Source: an uncultured bacterium
Lineage (GTDB): Bacteria > Patescibacteriota > Minisyncoccia > UBA6257 > 2-01-FULL-56-20
Direction: 5' to 3'
NCBI GenBank assembly: GCA_963696395.1
Contig: CAVOJZ010000002.1
Coordinates: forward strand, 431,317-495,316
Length of the DNA: 64,000 bases
Of the stretch, positions 16,302 to 26,288 are shown piece by piece. The position numbers were made by a program, and so were the translations under genes. The stretch's first letter is position 1. Every line of letters starts with the position of its first letter. A model generated the notes under the pieces. That model was not told the DNA's origin. It made no database searches and saw only the letters and a list, made by a program, of their open reading frames with translations.

Positions 16302-17441
16302 CTATCGTACTATAAAAGAATACACCGAGTAAACTACCGCGACCACGAAAACAAGGGCGATGGCGTCGAGAAATATTTTTTGTGTAACCGAGAGCTTGAG
16401 CGCACGGCGGCCGACGGAAATAATGAGAAGATATTGCAGGCTGAGAAAAGCGCCGCCGACCAGACCGACGACCGCAAGAAAATTGTTAAAACCAAGAAGG
16501 ACGAGCGCCGGCGGGAAAAGCACAACGAGCGGACGGGACGAACCGCGCGGCCATTGTAAATCTTTTTCTAATGCATTTTTAATCTCCCTGGAAATCGGGA
16601 GGTATACCGTTGCAACGGCGATAAGTCCTAGGACGGCAAGCAGGTCTTTTTTCCAGAGCGGCCACATTGCAAGCCCGGAGGCGGTATCGGGCGTGATCAT
16701 GCCTCCCGATGAGCCGCCGATGATTCCCGCTGCAAACATCGCATAAAGAAGCGCCGCAAAAAGCGTACCGGCGGCGAGTGCAACCCATGGACTCCTCGCC
16801 GTCGAGGCTTGGCCACTCAAGCGGCGCTTCTTCCGGGCTTCATATGCCGGCTCGATACTCGTCCATCCGGCGAGTGAAAAAAGCACGGCTCCGAACGGCA
16901 AGAAAAGATTATTTGTGTTGATGGTCGGTACGCCGCCAAAAAGAATATTCGGCCACGACGAAATAAAAATTACAACGATGATAGCCGCCGTGCAGGCAAT
17001 TCCCGCGAGTTCAAGCTTGCGAATCTCTTTGTCGCTCGCAAGCGCGACCGCAGAGATCAAAACCCAAAATGCGGCGAAGGCGTAGCGCAAGCGAATCGCA
17101 GGAACGGCAAGATGGATAAATTGCGTGCCAAGGATGAGATATGCGACCAGTGTAAGAAGAAGCCCGACGACGATGGCGAGAAATCCCACCCAAAACCCAA
17201 TGCTCCCGAAACGTTTTTTTGCGAGACCAAGTAGCCGTTCTTTTTCTCCTTCGGATTCAAGCGTCTTTAAATAGACAACATGAGCCGTACTCACAAAAAC
17301 GGTGAGTATCGCAAGATACGCAATACTAAGCAACCATCCGGCACTATAAAAAATGTAAGGAAGGGCGAAAACGCCATCGCCGACAGTCGCGGCAGCGACA
17401 ATCCCCGCGACCTCGAAAAAATGCGCGGTTGAACGATTCAT
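16302..17441 (-). CDS. amino-acid permease-like polytopic membrane protein
   Basis: About 11 TM helices with an N-terminal GDGVFALPY motif typical of amino-acid transporter families. Confidence 0.6.
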   Translation of the reverse strand: MNRSTAHFFEVAGIVAAATVGDGVFALPYIFYSAGWLLSIAYLAILTVFVSTAHVVYLKTLESEGEKERLLGLAKKRFGSIGFWVGFLAIVVGLLLTLVAYLILGTQFIHLAVPAIRLRYAFAAFWVLISAVALASDKEIRKLELAGIACTAAIIVVIFISSWPNILFGGVPTINTNNLFLPFGAVLFSLAGWTSIEPAYEARKKRRLSGQASTARSPWVALAAGTLFAALLYAMFAAGIIGGSSGGMITPDTASGLAMWPLWKKDLLAVLGLIAVATVYLPISREIKNALEKDLQWPRGSSRPLVVLFPPALVLLGFNNFLAVVGLVGGAFLSLQYLLIISVGRRALKLSVTQKIFLDAIALVFVVAVVYSVYSFIVR

Positions 17442-17447
17442 GGTCGA

Positions 17448-17774
17448 CTATTCGGCGAGATAAACCCTATCTTCTTCACGAACACGCTTTTTAACTTTAA
17501 TACCGATCTGCTTCCCTTTTGGCGCCGTCTTTATTTCTTTGTGATCGTACTGCATTGATTTCGCAACGTCCGCAAAATCAGTTGTCGCTCCTTTATAATG
17601 CAATTTCGCTCCGGCCGGAACTTTTTTATTAAACTTCACGATCGCCACGCGGATTTTTGTGTAGAAGTGCGTAACTACGCCGATTGGTTTCGAAGCCTTC
17701 GCTTTTGGCTTCGTTTTTGCCTTTACCTTCGGTTTTGCTTTTGCTTTTTTTGATGGGCGTTTTTTCATAATCAT
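17448..17774 (-). CDS. lysine-rich basic protein with small beta-barrel-like C-terminal domain, hypothetical
   Basis: N-terminus KKAKAKPKVKAKTKPKAKASKP (histone H1-like AKP repeats), then a roughly 70-aa domain of beta-strand character. Confidence 0.45.
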   Translation of the reverse strand: MIMKKRPSKKAKAKPKVKAKTKPKAKASKPIGVVTHFYTKIRVAIVKFNKKVPAGAKLHYKGATTDFADVAKSMQYDHKEIKTAPKGKQIGIKVKKRVREEDRVYLAE

Positions 17775-17779
17775 CTTTA

Positions 17780-18427
17780 TTAACCCCGCGCGCGATGTTG
17801 CGCAATGCGAACATCGGCGGCTTCAACTATTTTTTCATCCGCCTTTATCATCGTGACCACTTTTTCCATAAGCGTTTTCGGATTTGAATCGAAAACAACT
17901 TTTCCGGGTCCGCGATGGGCGATTTCGAGAATGTGCTGCAACTCATCGCTCTCTCCTCCGGTGCCGGTGAGCACTCCTTGAGGCTTTTTATCTTCGAAAG
18001 CGATCGTGAATTCATTGAGAGTGCCGATGCGACCGTAGATTGTGATGATGGCGTCGGCGGAACGGGTAAGCAGGAGATTTCTTCCGGAGTAATCGAAGCC
18101 GGTATAAATGATGAGGTCGTGATAATCAACCGGCAGCCGATATGTCTTAACGTGAGCAAGCTTGGACGCCGCCGGCGACAAACCGATTACAATTCCACCG
18201 GCTTCTTTTGCGCCTTTCGCGGCCCAATAAGGAATGCCGGTTGTCGCTCCGGTTACGAGCACCATGCCGTGCTTTGCAACGAGTGCACCGATTTCCATTG
18301 CTTTTTCAATGGTTCCTGGAGGACAAAACTCCGTCTCGGCCGAGCCAGAAATGCAAACTTTATATTTTAGATAACTTGCCGATAATGCTTCATGCGCCTT
18401 CACTTTCCGCTTTTTTTTAGTAGCCAT
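17780..18427 (-). CDS. TIGR00725/LOG-like Rossmann-fold protein
   Basis: GSA...MVLVTGATTGIPYWAAKGAKEAGG.VIGL...TGFDYSGRN pattern of LOG/SLOG family proteins. Confidence 0.65.
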   Translation of the reverse strand: MATKKKRKVKAHEALSASYLKYKVCISGSAETEFCPPGTIEKAMEIGALVAKHGMVLVTGATTGIPYWAAKGAKEAGGIVIGLSPAASKLAHVKTYRLPVDYHDLIIYTGFDYSGRNLLLTRSADAIITIYGRIGTLNEFTIAFEDKKPQGVLTGTGGESDELQHILEIAHRGPGKVVFDSNPKTLMEKVVTMIKADEKIVEAADVRIAQHRARG

Positions 18428-18439
18428 AGTTGAATGATA

Positions 18440-19822
18440 TCACAACGAAACGCTTTCTCCGGGATGCGGAACCTCGGCGGAGACCGCAAATTCATCGATT
18501 ATTTTATGCGCAAGAACTTCGCTCGATTCCTGCTCCCCCTGCACCACGAAAACCTTTTTAAGTGTGTGGCTCATAGGCTTCACCCACGCGATCAGGCGTG
18601 GTTGGTCCGCATGCGCGGAATATCCGGGGATATTTACCTTGCGACATCGCACAGGAACCGTCTCTCCGAAAATTTTAACTTCCGTCGCGCCCTCGAGTAA
18701 TTCCCTGCCGAGCGATCCAACCGCCTGGTAGCCGACAAAAATGATTTCGCTCTTAGGGTCGGAAAGATAGCGCGCCTCATGGTGTAAAATCCTTCCACCG
18801 TTCGACATCCCCGAACCGGCAATGACGATTTTCGGCGGAGGAACATTGTTGATCTCCTTCGACTGTTCGGTCGTAAGCGTGAGATGAAGCCCCGGAAAGT
18901 TCAAAATGTCGTCGCCGGTCGCGGCGATGTGCCGCGTCGCCGGATTAAAATAATTTTCGTGCTTCTTGTAGACAGCCGTGAGCTTGATGGCGAGCGGGCT
19001 GTCGATAAAAACCGGGACGCGCGGGATGCTGCCGTCCTGAAAAAGTTGATGAAGGTGATAAAGCAATTCCTGGGTGCGCTCCATCGCGAACGTGGGAATC
19101 ATGAGAGTGCCGCCGGCGCGCACCGTATCCTGGACCGCCTTTTCAAGCATCTCGCGGCGGCCGTCAACATTTACATGGACGCGATCCCCGTAGGTTGATT
19201 CGATCACGCAATAATCGGCGGCATCGATGGTTTCCGTCGGCTGGATAATCGGCGCCGGCGTATTTCCAAGGTCGCCGGAAAAGACGATTGTTTTCCCTTC
19301 GGCGTGGATCCGGATGATGGCAGAGCCCAGAATGTGGCCTGCATCAAAGAGATCAACCTTAAAATCCCCCACCGAAACCGGCGCGTGATAATTGAGCCCG
19401 CGCCACTGGCTCATTGTTTTTTCTATGTCTTCGTCGGTATAAAGCGGCGGCCGCTTCTCACGTTCAGCCTCTTTTGAAAGCAGATGTTCCGAGTCGAGCA
19501 GCATGAGTTCGGCAAAATCACGTGTTGCCGAGGTTGAATAGATCACCCCTTTAAATCCCGCCTTCACTAAGCTCGGAAGCCGGCCGATGTGGTCTAGATG
19601 AGAGTGGGTGATAAATACCGCATCGATAACTTTTGGATCATACGGGAATTGTTCAAAATTTTCGCGTTCCGCATAGTGGCTCCCCTGGTGCAGTCCGCAG
19701 TCAACCATAATCTGCGTTCCGTTTGACTCGACAACATAATTCGCGCCGGTCGCCTCCCCGACGCCGCCGTAAAATGAGAGTTTCATAGGGCTAAGTATAA
19801 GGCTCCTTGCCGCGCAAAACAA
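18440..19822 (-). CDS. metallo-beta-lactamase/beta-CASP family ribonuclease (RNase J / CPSF-like)
   Basis: HxHxDH motif (ITHSHLDHIGRLP) with beta-CASP motifs downstream. Confidence 0.8.
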   Translation of the reverse strand: MFCAARSLILSPMKLSFYGGVGEATGANYVVESNGTQIMVDCGLHQGSHYAERENFEQFPYDPKVIDAVFITHSHLDHIGRLPSLVKAGFKGVIYSTSATRDFAELMLLDSEHLLSKEAEREKRPPLYTDEDIEKTMSQWRGLNYHAPVSVGDFKVDLFDAGHILGSAIIRIHAEGKTIVFSGDLGNTPAPIIQPTETIDAADYCVIESTYGDRVHVNVDGRREMLEKAVQDTVRAGGTLMIPTFAMERTQELLYHLHQLFQDGSIPRVPVFIDSPLAIKLTAVYKKHENYFNPATRHIAATGDDILNFPGLHLTLTTEQSKEINNVPPPKIVIAGSGMSNGGRILHHEARYLSDPKSEIIFVGYQAVGSLGRELLEGATEVKIFGETVPVRCRKVNIPGYSAHADQPRLIAWVKPMSHTLKKVFVVQGEQESSEVLAHKIIDEFAVSAEVPHPGESVSL

Positions 19823-20179
19823 CTTATGATACCCTCATGCAAGTTGTTGAATTCATCTCGTGAGGCAGAAAACGTGTACAAAGTGTACGACGACGACGAA
19901 ATTCTCCCACAGCGCGTTAGTTTTCGAAACGAACCTCATTCCACCTCTTACAAAGTCCGTTCGGGGAACAGAAAGCAAAGGCCAACTGCGGATATTGAGC
20001 AGGTTCGCGCCCTTGCAAACCTGTCGGAGAGTATCCGTCGGAACATATCCGCGAACTCTGCAGGGGAAACCAATTCGAAGAAAGCATTTGTGCCTCGTCT
20101 TCCTCCCGAAGATCGTCGGCGAGAGCAAACACGGCCTCGCTCCTGCCCGTCCGGCAGATAAAAACCAAGGGCCCCGTCA

Positions 20180-21517
20180 TCACGACGGGGCCTGTTCATT
20201 TCCCATTTCCATTTTTTTCGCAAGCATTTCTTCAAATACTTCCCGCTCATTCCACGGCTCGGTGCGCCCCCGCGCAAGGTGAATAAATTCTTCACTCCCT
20301 TTGCCGGTTCCGATCACGACATCACCGTCACGCATAAGGCCGACGGCAAATTTAATGGCCGCACGCCGGTCCGGAGCTTTATATATCTTTTCCCTATCGG
20401 ATCCATTTTTTCTAATACCTCCTTCAATTTCGCTCATGATTTTTCGGGGATCCTCGTCGTACGGGTCTTCGTTCGTGATAATGATCTCGTCGCAGTAGCG
20501 ATCCGCAATTTTCCCCATCTCGGGCCTTTTCCATTGGTCACGCCCTCCGCCCGCGGCGCTCAAAACGCAGATGAGGCGGGGCGAAGGAAAAAACGGCGTC
20601 GGCACCGGCCGGGCCGCCACGTACGCGGCTTCAAGTGAATCGGGAGTGTGTGCGTAATCGATGATCGCCGTGTAGTCGCCCTTCCGCACAAATTCCATAC
20701 GGCCTGGCAACCCTTCAAAGTTCGTGATCGCCTCTTCCACAATACGGTCCGAGATCCCAAGCTCGCGCGCAATCGCGACAGCCACCGCAATGTTTTCTTC
20801 ATTAAATTTGCTTAATAAAAACTTTGGAGCCCCTTCGTCGCGAACCGATTGTGCGAGGCGGGCTTTTGCCAGGCTGTCTTTCAACCATTGGTCATTCCTT
20901 GAGTAAGAAATGGTGTCTCCTCCATATTTATTGCCAGGCTCGCCCGCAAGCGCCTCGGCAAAAAAATGATACTCCCTGTCGTCGCGATTCAAAAAAACTT
21001 TCCCGCCGCCGGCTAAAACATTTTCAAGAAACTGTTTTTTTGCGTCCCGATATTTTTCATATGAACCGTGCCAGTCGATGTGTTCGGGGGCAAGATTTGT
21101 GATGACGCCAACGTTCCATTCGATAAAACGATGCCGGTGAAGCGCAACGCCCTGCGACGTAACCTCGATCAGCCCGTAGGAACAGCCGTCCGCCCGTGCC
21201 TGCCGCAAAAATTTCTGGATAAATCCATGCCCGGGCATTGAATTGCCGGTTGGGTTTTTGCGGCTCGTATCGCCGATTTTCATTCGCAGTGACGAAAGAA
21301 GGGCCGTGCGTTTGCCTGCGTGCTCAAGGATCGCATTAATAAGTTCAAGCGTCGTCGTTTTGCCCTTGGTCCCCGTCACGCCAATCACGAAGATTTTCCT
21401 GCTCGGATTTCTGTGAATTTTCGCCCCCGCCCATGCCCACATAAAATGATACGTCCGCGAAACGCCGGGAATGTTATAGAAAAATCTTACGATGCGGGAT
21501 TTTTTTATCCGGTCCAT
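20180..21517 (-). CDS. murE: Mur ligase family protein, MurE-like
   Basis: P-loop GVTGTKGKTTT, DYAHTPDSL and ...AAGGGRDQWKRPEMG, which is MurE-like (GGDRD..KRP). The N-terminal domain is short. Confidence 0.7.
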   Translation of the reverse strand: MDRIKKSRIVRFFYNIPGVSRTYHFMWAWAGAKIHRNPSRKIFVIGVTGTKGKTTTLELINAILEHAGKRTALLSSLRMKIGDTSRKNPTGNSMPGHGFIQKFLRQARADGCSYGLIEVTSQGVALHRHRFIEWNVGVITNLAPEHIDWHGSYEKYRDAKKQFLENVLAGGGKVFLNRDDREYHFFAEALAGEPGNKYGGDTISYSRNDQWLKDSLAKARLAQSVRDEGAPKFLLSKFNEENIAVAVAIARELGISDRIVEEAITNFEGLPGRMEFVRKGDYTAIIDYAHTPDSLEAAYVAARPVPTPFFPSPRLICVLSAAGGGRDQWKRPEMGKIADRYCDEIIITNEDPYDEDPRKIMSEIEGGIRKNGSDREKIYKAPDRRAAIKFAVGLMRDGDVVIGTGKGSEEFIHLARGRTEPWNEREVFEEMLAKKMEMGNEQAPS

Positions 21518-22095
21518 TATTTCTTGCTCAAAATTGCGAGTGCGGCCTTAAGGCGGTTCTCCGTTCCGGCCACATCGGCCGCAACTTTTCCAAGCGCAAC
21601 GCGTGCTTCGTCGCGGCGATAGCCAAGGCTTGTGAGCGCCTCAACGAGGTCCACATCGGTCTGCATTTTTTCAACAACAAGGCCTGACTTTGCGGACTGC
21701 ACTTTCGTTTTCAGTTCGACAATCACACGCTCCGCCGTCTTCCTTCCGATGCCGGATGCGCGGGTGAGCAAATCGGGCCGCCCCTCCTTGATCGCGGCCG
21801 CAAGCTCTTCGAGCTCTGCGACATCCATGATCGCAAGAGCGGATTTCGGCCCGACGCCGGAAACGGAAATAAGCATTTCAAAAAAATGAAGTTCTTTTTC
21901 TCCCGAAAACCCGTACAAATCCATCGCCCCTTCGCGCACATGGAGATATGAAAACAGCTTCACCGCTCCTCCGAGCGCGGGCATCGAAGCGAGCGTCCTT
22001 TTGCTCGCGTTAAGCTTCAGACCCAACCCGCCGGCTTCCACAACGGCGAATTGATCCGCTTTGACCGTGAGCTTTCCGGAAATGCTGTAGATCAT
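21517..22095 (-). CDS. ruvA: Holliday junction DNA helicase subunit RuvA
   Basis: MIYSISGKL... OB-fold N-terminus with HhH motifs (ISVSGVGPKSALAI). Confidence 0.85.
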   Translation of the reverse strand: MIYSISGKLTVKADQFAVVEAGGLGLKLNASKRTLASMPALGGAVKLFSYLHVREGAMDLYGFSGEKELHFFEMLISVSGVGPKSALAIMDVAELEELAAAIKEGRPDLLTRASGIGRKTAERVIVELKTKVQSAKSGLVVEKMQTDVDLVEALTSLGYRRDEARVALGKVAADVAGTENRLKAALAILSKK

Positions 22096-22145
22096 ACCTT
22101 TATTATAACTTGCTTTTTCGAAGCCTGTATCCTATACTGACTCCC

Positions 22146-22406
22146 ATGCCAATTACATCATCCGCCAAGAAAGCGCTCCGCCAGAACAAGACGCGCCACG
22201 CGCGGAATTTAGCTAAAAAAGACGGCTACAAAAAAGTGGTTGTGAAATATCGCAAACTCGTCGCGGCAAAAAGCTCCGACGAGGCAAAGAAGCTTTTACC
22301 GCTCGTCTTCAAAGCGCTCGACAAAGCCGCAAAGACAAAAGTTATTGAAAAAAATAAGGCGAGCCGCCTCAAGAGCCGCCTCTCCAGGCTGGTCGCAGTG
22401 AAATAG
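22146..22406 (+). CDS. rpsT: 30S ribosomal protein S20
   Basis: MPITSSAKKALRQNKTRHARNLAKK... is the S20 signature. Confidence 0.85.
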   Translation: MPITSSAKKALRQNKTRHARNLAKKDGYKKVVVKYRKLVAAKSSDEAKKLLPLVFKALDKAAKTKVIEKNKASRLKSRLSRLVAVK

Positions 22407-22410
22407 TGTT

Positions 22411-22439
22411 AAAAAGAACCGCCGCGGCGGTTCTTTTTT
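22411..22439. terminator. bidirectional rho-independent terminator between rpsT and holA
   Basis: AAAAAGAACCGCCGCGGCGGTTCTTTTTT, a perfect palindromic stem flanked by A and T runs. Confidence 0.6.
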
Positions 22440-23235
22440 ATCCAAGAGCCAGGTCAACAAGCGCCTCTTCGTATTCGAGTTTCCCGGACTTAACTGCAAG
22501 ATCGTACCAGGCCATCCGCTGGATTTTCTCTCCGGCCTGGGCCGAAAGAATATTAAAAATCTTTGCCGGAGGATCGTTGATTGAAAGCAGGATCTCGAGC
22601 GCGCCAAGGCGATTTCTGATATCCGGGCTTTTCATGCCATTTAGGAGCGCCCAGTAATTCGGCGCAGCTTCAAGGCCGAAGGCGTCGAGATCCCTCCGGG
22701 TGACGGTGGCCTTCCCTGCGATGGCAGTTTTGAGCGTGGAGATTTTTTCAATTTCGGTGACCACCGCCCAGCTCATCCCCGCATATACGCCGCCGAGGAA
22801 AGCCGCAGCCTGGTCATCAAACACAACGCCCCGCTTTTTCCCCTCCTCTTTTATGAATGAAACAAAAGCGACTCCGGTAAGCGTTTCAAATTTTTGGGAG
22901 AGCACCGGTTTTTCAAGCAGGAAAGCAAGCGCTTTGAGCGGCTTGTCTTTCTCGCACACGAGCACCTGGATTCCTTTTTCGGAAACGGCGGGCTTCAACG
23001 CCGCCGCGAGCTTCACCGCCTCAATCTCAAAAGCGTTTTCCAAAACGGCGAGCCGGGCGGTTTCAAAAATCGGCTGGTTACGCATAAATCCCCCGAGTGA
23101 ATCGAGGGCTCCCTTTTCTTCAAGATCAAAAAAACCGAGGCCGAGCTCGGATCGCTTTTTTTCAAATTCACTTATAATGTCCCGCTTCTTCTGAACCCGG
23201 CGATAATCGTCGGGGCCGTAAAGGAAAATGATCAT
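22438..23235 (-). CDS. holA: DNA polymerase III delta subunit-like
   Basis: The N-terminal IIFLYGPDDY motif is typical of HolA. Adjacency to rpsT matches Firmicute-like synteny. Confidence 0.6.
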   Translation of the reverse strand: MIIFLYGPDDYRRVQKKRDIISEFEKKRSELGLGFFDLEEKGALDSLGGFMRNQPIFETARLAVLENAFEIEAVKLAAALKPAVSEKGIQVLVCEKDKPLKALAFLLEKPVLSQKFETLTGVAFVSFIKEEGKKRGVVFDDQAAAFLGGVYAGMSWAVVTEIEKISTLKTAIAGKATVTRRDLDAFGLEAAPNYWALLNGMKSPDIRNRLGALEILLSINDPPAKIFNILSAQAGEKIQRMAWYDLAVKSGKLEYEEALVDLALG

Positions 23236-24929
23236 TGCTTGCCGAAAATCGCCGTTCCCGCTTTCACACTGACCGACGCACGGGCGGCGGCGGCTTTCAC
23301 GAATTCACGGAAAAGCGGGTTCGGTTTCATCGGACGCGAAGTAAGCTCCGGATGAAATTGCGATCCCATGAAAAACGGATGCGTCTCCCGCGAAAGTTCC
23401 ATCACTTCCATCAAGCGGCGATCCGGCGACTGCCCGGAAAAAACCATTCCCGCTTTTTCAATCTTCTTAATAAATGCCGGATTGACCTCGAAGCGATGCC
23501 TGTGCCGCTCTGAAATTTTGGTGGTCCCATAGGCTTTTTCCGCCATCGTTCCTTTTGTGAGCACGGCCGGATACGCACCGAGCCGCATGGTTCCGCCATA
23601 ATTCTTCTCTTCCATAAGCTTCTTCTGCTCCGGAAGAATATCGATCACCGGGAACTGCGTTCCGGGATTAATCTCTGTGGTGTTTGCCCCCTTCATTTTC
23701 AGCACATTCCTCGAAAACTCCACCACCGCAAGCTGCATGCCATAGCACAGCCCGAGATACGGAATTTTGTTTTCCCGACAATAACGGATGGCGTTCAATT
23801 TCCCTTCAACGCCACGGCTTCCAAAGCCTCCGGGGACGATAATCGCATCGTATTGTTCGAGGTCGCGAAGCGCCGCGCCTTTCTTTTCAAATTCCTCGGC
23901 GTCGAGCCATTTGATTTCCGGGCGCACGCCCCAATAGGAGCTTGCGTGCTTCACGGCTTCGATCACCGATAGGTACGAATCGGCCAGGATAAATTTTCCG
24001 GTGGAGAAATATTTTCCGACGATGCCGATCTTTACCGTCTCGCGCGCGTGGCGGATGCGGTCCGCAAGCGCACGCCATTCCTTCATGTCTTTTTTTGGCG
24101 GCCGCACGCCGAGCTTCTCCATGATGAGATTCCCCAGGTTATCTTTTTCGAAATTGATCGGCACGTCATACAAACTGCCGACATCAGGCGCCGAGATCAC
24201 GTCTTTCTCCCGCACGTTGCAGTTGAATGCAATCTTTTCTTTTCTCTTTTCATCGAGCGCATATTTCGCGCGGGCGAGAATGATGTCGGGCTGAAGGCCG
24301 ACAGAATTCAACGCGCGCACCGCATGCTGGGTCGGCTTGGTCTTGAGTTCGTTCTCGTCGCTCACGATCGGCAGGTGGCTGACCAGGATGAGCAAAATAT
24401 CTTCGGGATGTTTGATTCGCATCATGCGCACCGCCTCGAGGAATAAAATATTTTCATATTCGCCTGCGGTTCCGCCGATTTCCGTAATGGTGATGTCCGC
24501 CTTCGCAAGCGTGGCGGCCGCATCGATGCGGCGGATTACTTCGAGCGGGATATAAGGCACAACGCTGACCGACCGGCCGCCGTAACCCATGCTCCGTTCG
24601 CGCTCAATCACCGTCTTATAGATGCTTCCGGTTGTCATATAGTTCGCGCCGCTCAGATCCCGGTTCAAAAACCGCTCATAGTTGCCCATATCCTGGTCGC
24701 ATTCCGTGCCGTCATTCAAAACAAAAACCTCACCGTGCTCGGTGGGGTTCATAGTGCCTGCATCAACATTCACGTACGGGTCGATTTTGATCGCGGTGAC
24801 TTCAAAACCGCGGGACTGGAGAATTTTTCCGATGGAAGCGGATGCGATACCCTTGCCAACGCCGGACATGACGCCTCCCACGATGAAAATATATTTTCGG
24901 TTGCGTCCAGATTTCTTCATCCCCATCAT
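23232..24929 (-). CDS. pyrG: CTP synthase
   Basis: KYIFIVGGVMSGVGKGI.. plus a GATase domain (GLCYGMQ, HPE). Confidence 0.9.
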   Translation of the reverse strand: MMGMKKSGRNRKYIFIVGGVMSGVGKGIASASIGKILQSRGFEVTAIKIDPYVNVDAGTMNPTEHGEVFVLNDGTECDQDMGNYERFLNRDLSGANYMTTGSIYKTVIERERSMGYGGRSVSVVPYIPLEVIRRIDAAATLAKADITITEIGGTAGEYENILFLEAVRMMRIKHPEDILLILVSHLPIVSDENELKTKPTQHAVRALNSVGLQPDIILARAKYALDEKRKEKIAFNCNVREKDVISAPDVGSLYDVPINFEKDNLGNLIMEKLGVRPPKKDMKEWRALADRIRHARETVKIGIVGKYFSTGKFILADSYLSVIEAVKHASSYWGVRPEIKWLDAEEFEKKGAALRDLEQYDAIIVPGGFGSRGVEGKLNAIRYCRENKIPYLGLCYGMQLAVVEFSRNVLKMKGANTTEINPGTQFPVIDILPEQKKLMEEKNYGGTMRLGAYPAVLTKGTMAEKAYGTTKISERHRHRFEVNPAFIKKIEKAGMVFSGQSPDRRLMEVMELSRETHPFFMGSQFHPELTSRPMKPNPLFREFVKAAAARASVSVKAGTAIFGKQ

Positions 24930-24950
24930 TGTACTCCAAACGTGCCGTGT

Positions 24951-26273
24951 TTAGAATAGCGCCTCAAGGCCAACTTCGTGTTTTGGGATAAGATTCGAAT
25001 CGGTCGGGATGGCGAACGATATTGTTGTGCCTCGATTCAGTTCGGATTCCGCCCATATCTCGCCCCCGTGGGCGCTTACGATACCTTTCGCGATAAAAAG
25101 GCCGAGGCCCGAACCTTCGGTTTGGGCTTTCACGGCATTGTCCGCCCGATAGAACTTGGTAAACAGTTTTTGGAGAGCCTCCGGAGGGATGCCGATGCCG
25201 CTATCCTTGACGCTCACTACCAGGAAAGGCTTCCCCGGCATCGTGTCCACCTTAACGATCACTTCTCCGTTTTCCACGTTATAGCGAATGGCGTTCTCAA
25301 GAAGATTTACGAGCGCAAGTGAAAGCCGTTTTTCATCAATCATCACCCGCGGTAGCGGCGTGGCGGGCCGGTCGAAATAAATCTTGACGCCGGTCTTCTT
25401 TGCAGCCGGCAACACCTCTCCGAGAACCATTTCCACGAAATTCGAGATGTCCGTATCTTTAAAATCGTAACCGAACTGGCCGTCTTCCATCTTTGCAATA
25501 TTCAAAAGATCCTCGATACGGCGCAGGAGATTTTGTGAGGCGGCGTACGCATTTTCCACGATAAGCTTATTGTCGTCGCTCACGGTCGGATCGCTCGCGA
25601 GCGTTTGCAACGCCCAATTGATATCCGTCACCGGCCCACGCAGCTGGTGGGAGGCGACGGTTATGAATTCGCTTCGCGAACGGAGAGCGCTCACCTGAGC
25701 CGTGCGATCGCGAATGATTTTGAGAAACGCAAGCGTGTTCCCCTGGTTATCCATGACGGGGGCGGTCGTCACCCGGAATTCGAGCTGCGGGTCAGTGAAC
25801 GAAATATCAACAACCTGAGGCACCGCATTCTCCCCCGACCGCATGATGACACGCGGCGCGAGCGACGGGAAAATAACCTGCGTCAAAATTTTCCATCCTT
25901 CTCTCTCCACGTCCTGAGGCGAAAAAATATGCCCCATGGCATCCTTCGCCTGAATTTTAAAAAGTCGTTCAGCGGCGGGATTAAAAAATATTGCCTGAAA
26001 ATTTTTCTCGTATACGATTAATCCGTCGCTGATGCTCGCGAGAATGCTCTTGAGTTCATTCCGTTCGATGCTCGTATTCCGGTCAACGGACGATGACCGA
26101 TAGATGCTTGCGAAGACAAGAACAAGAACAATAATCAGCAGGCCGACTTCAACCCAGGAAAGCGGCGGTGCCAGAAAAAAACCGGCCATCACGGCGGCGG
26201 CGATAACAATCGCGGACAAAACCCAGGCCACCCAGAATTCCTGCCACGTTACAACGTTCTTCCAGTTGGACAT
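24951..26273 (-). CDS. sensor histidine kinase (TM, PAS, HisKA, HATPase)
   Basis: H-box ASHQLRGPV and N/G-boxes (NLLENAIRY, GSGLGLFIAKGIV). No response regulator is adjacent. Confidence 0.8.
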   Translation of the reverse strand: MSNWKNVVTWQEFWVAWVLSAIVIAAAVMAGFFLAPPLSWVEVGLLIIVLVLVFASIYRSSSVDRNTSIERNELKSILASISDGLIVYEKNFQAIFFNPAAERLFKIQAKDAMGHIFSPQDVEREGWKILTQVIFPSLAPRVIMRSGENAVPQVVDISFTDPQLEFRVTTAPVMDNQGNTLAFLKIIRDRTAQVSALRSRSEFITVASHQLRGPVTDINWALQTLASDPTVSDDNKLIVENAYAASQNLLRRIEDLLNIAKMEDGQFGYDFKDTDISNFVEMVLGEVLPAAKKTGVKIYFDRPATPLPRVMIDEKRLSLALVNLLENAIRYNVENGEVIVKVDTMPGKPFLVVSVKDSGIGIPPEALQKLFTKFYRADNAVKAQTEGSGLGLFIAKGIVSAHGGEIWAESELNRGTTISFAIPTDSNLIPKHEVGLEALF

Positions 26274-26288
26274 AGTCTCATAATACCA

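Noticed and set aside
19823-20179. RNase P RNA
   Set aside because: An AAAGUCC and an ACAGAAAGC motif are present but adjacent. In RNase P RNA they are separated by about 250 nt, and no P4 pairing partner was found.
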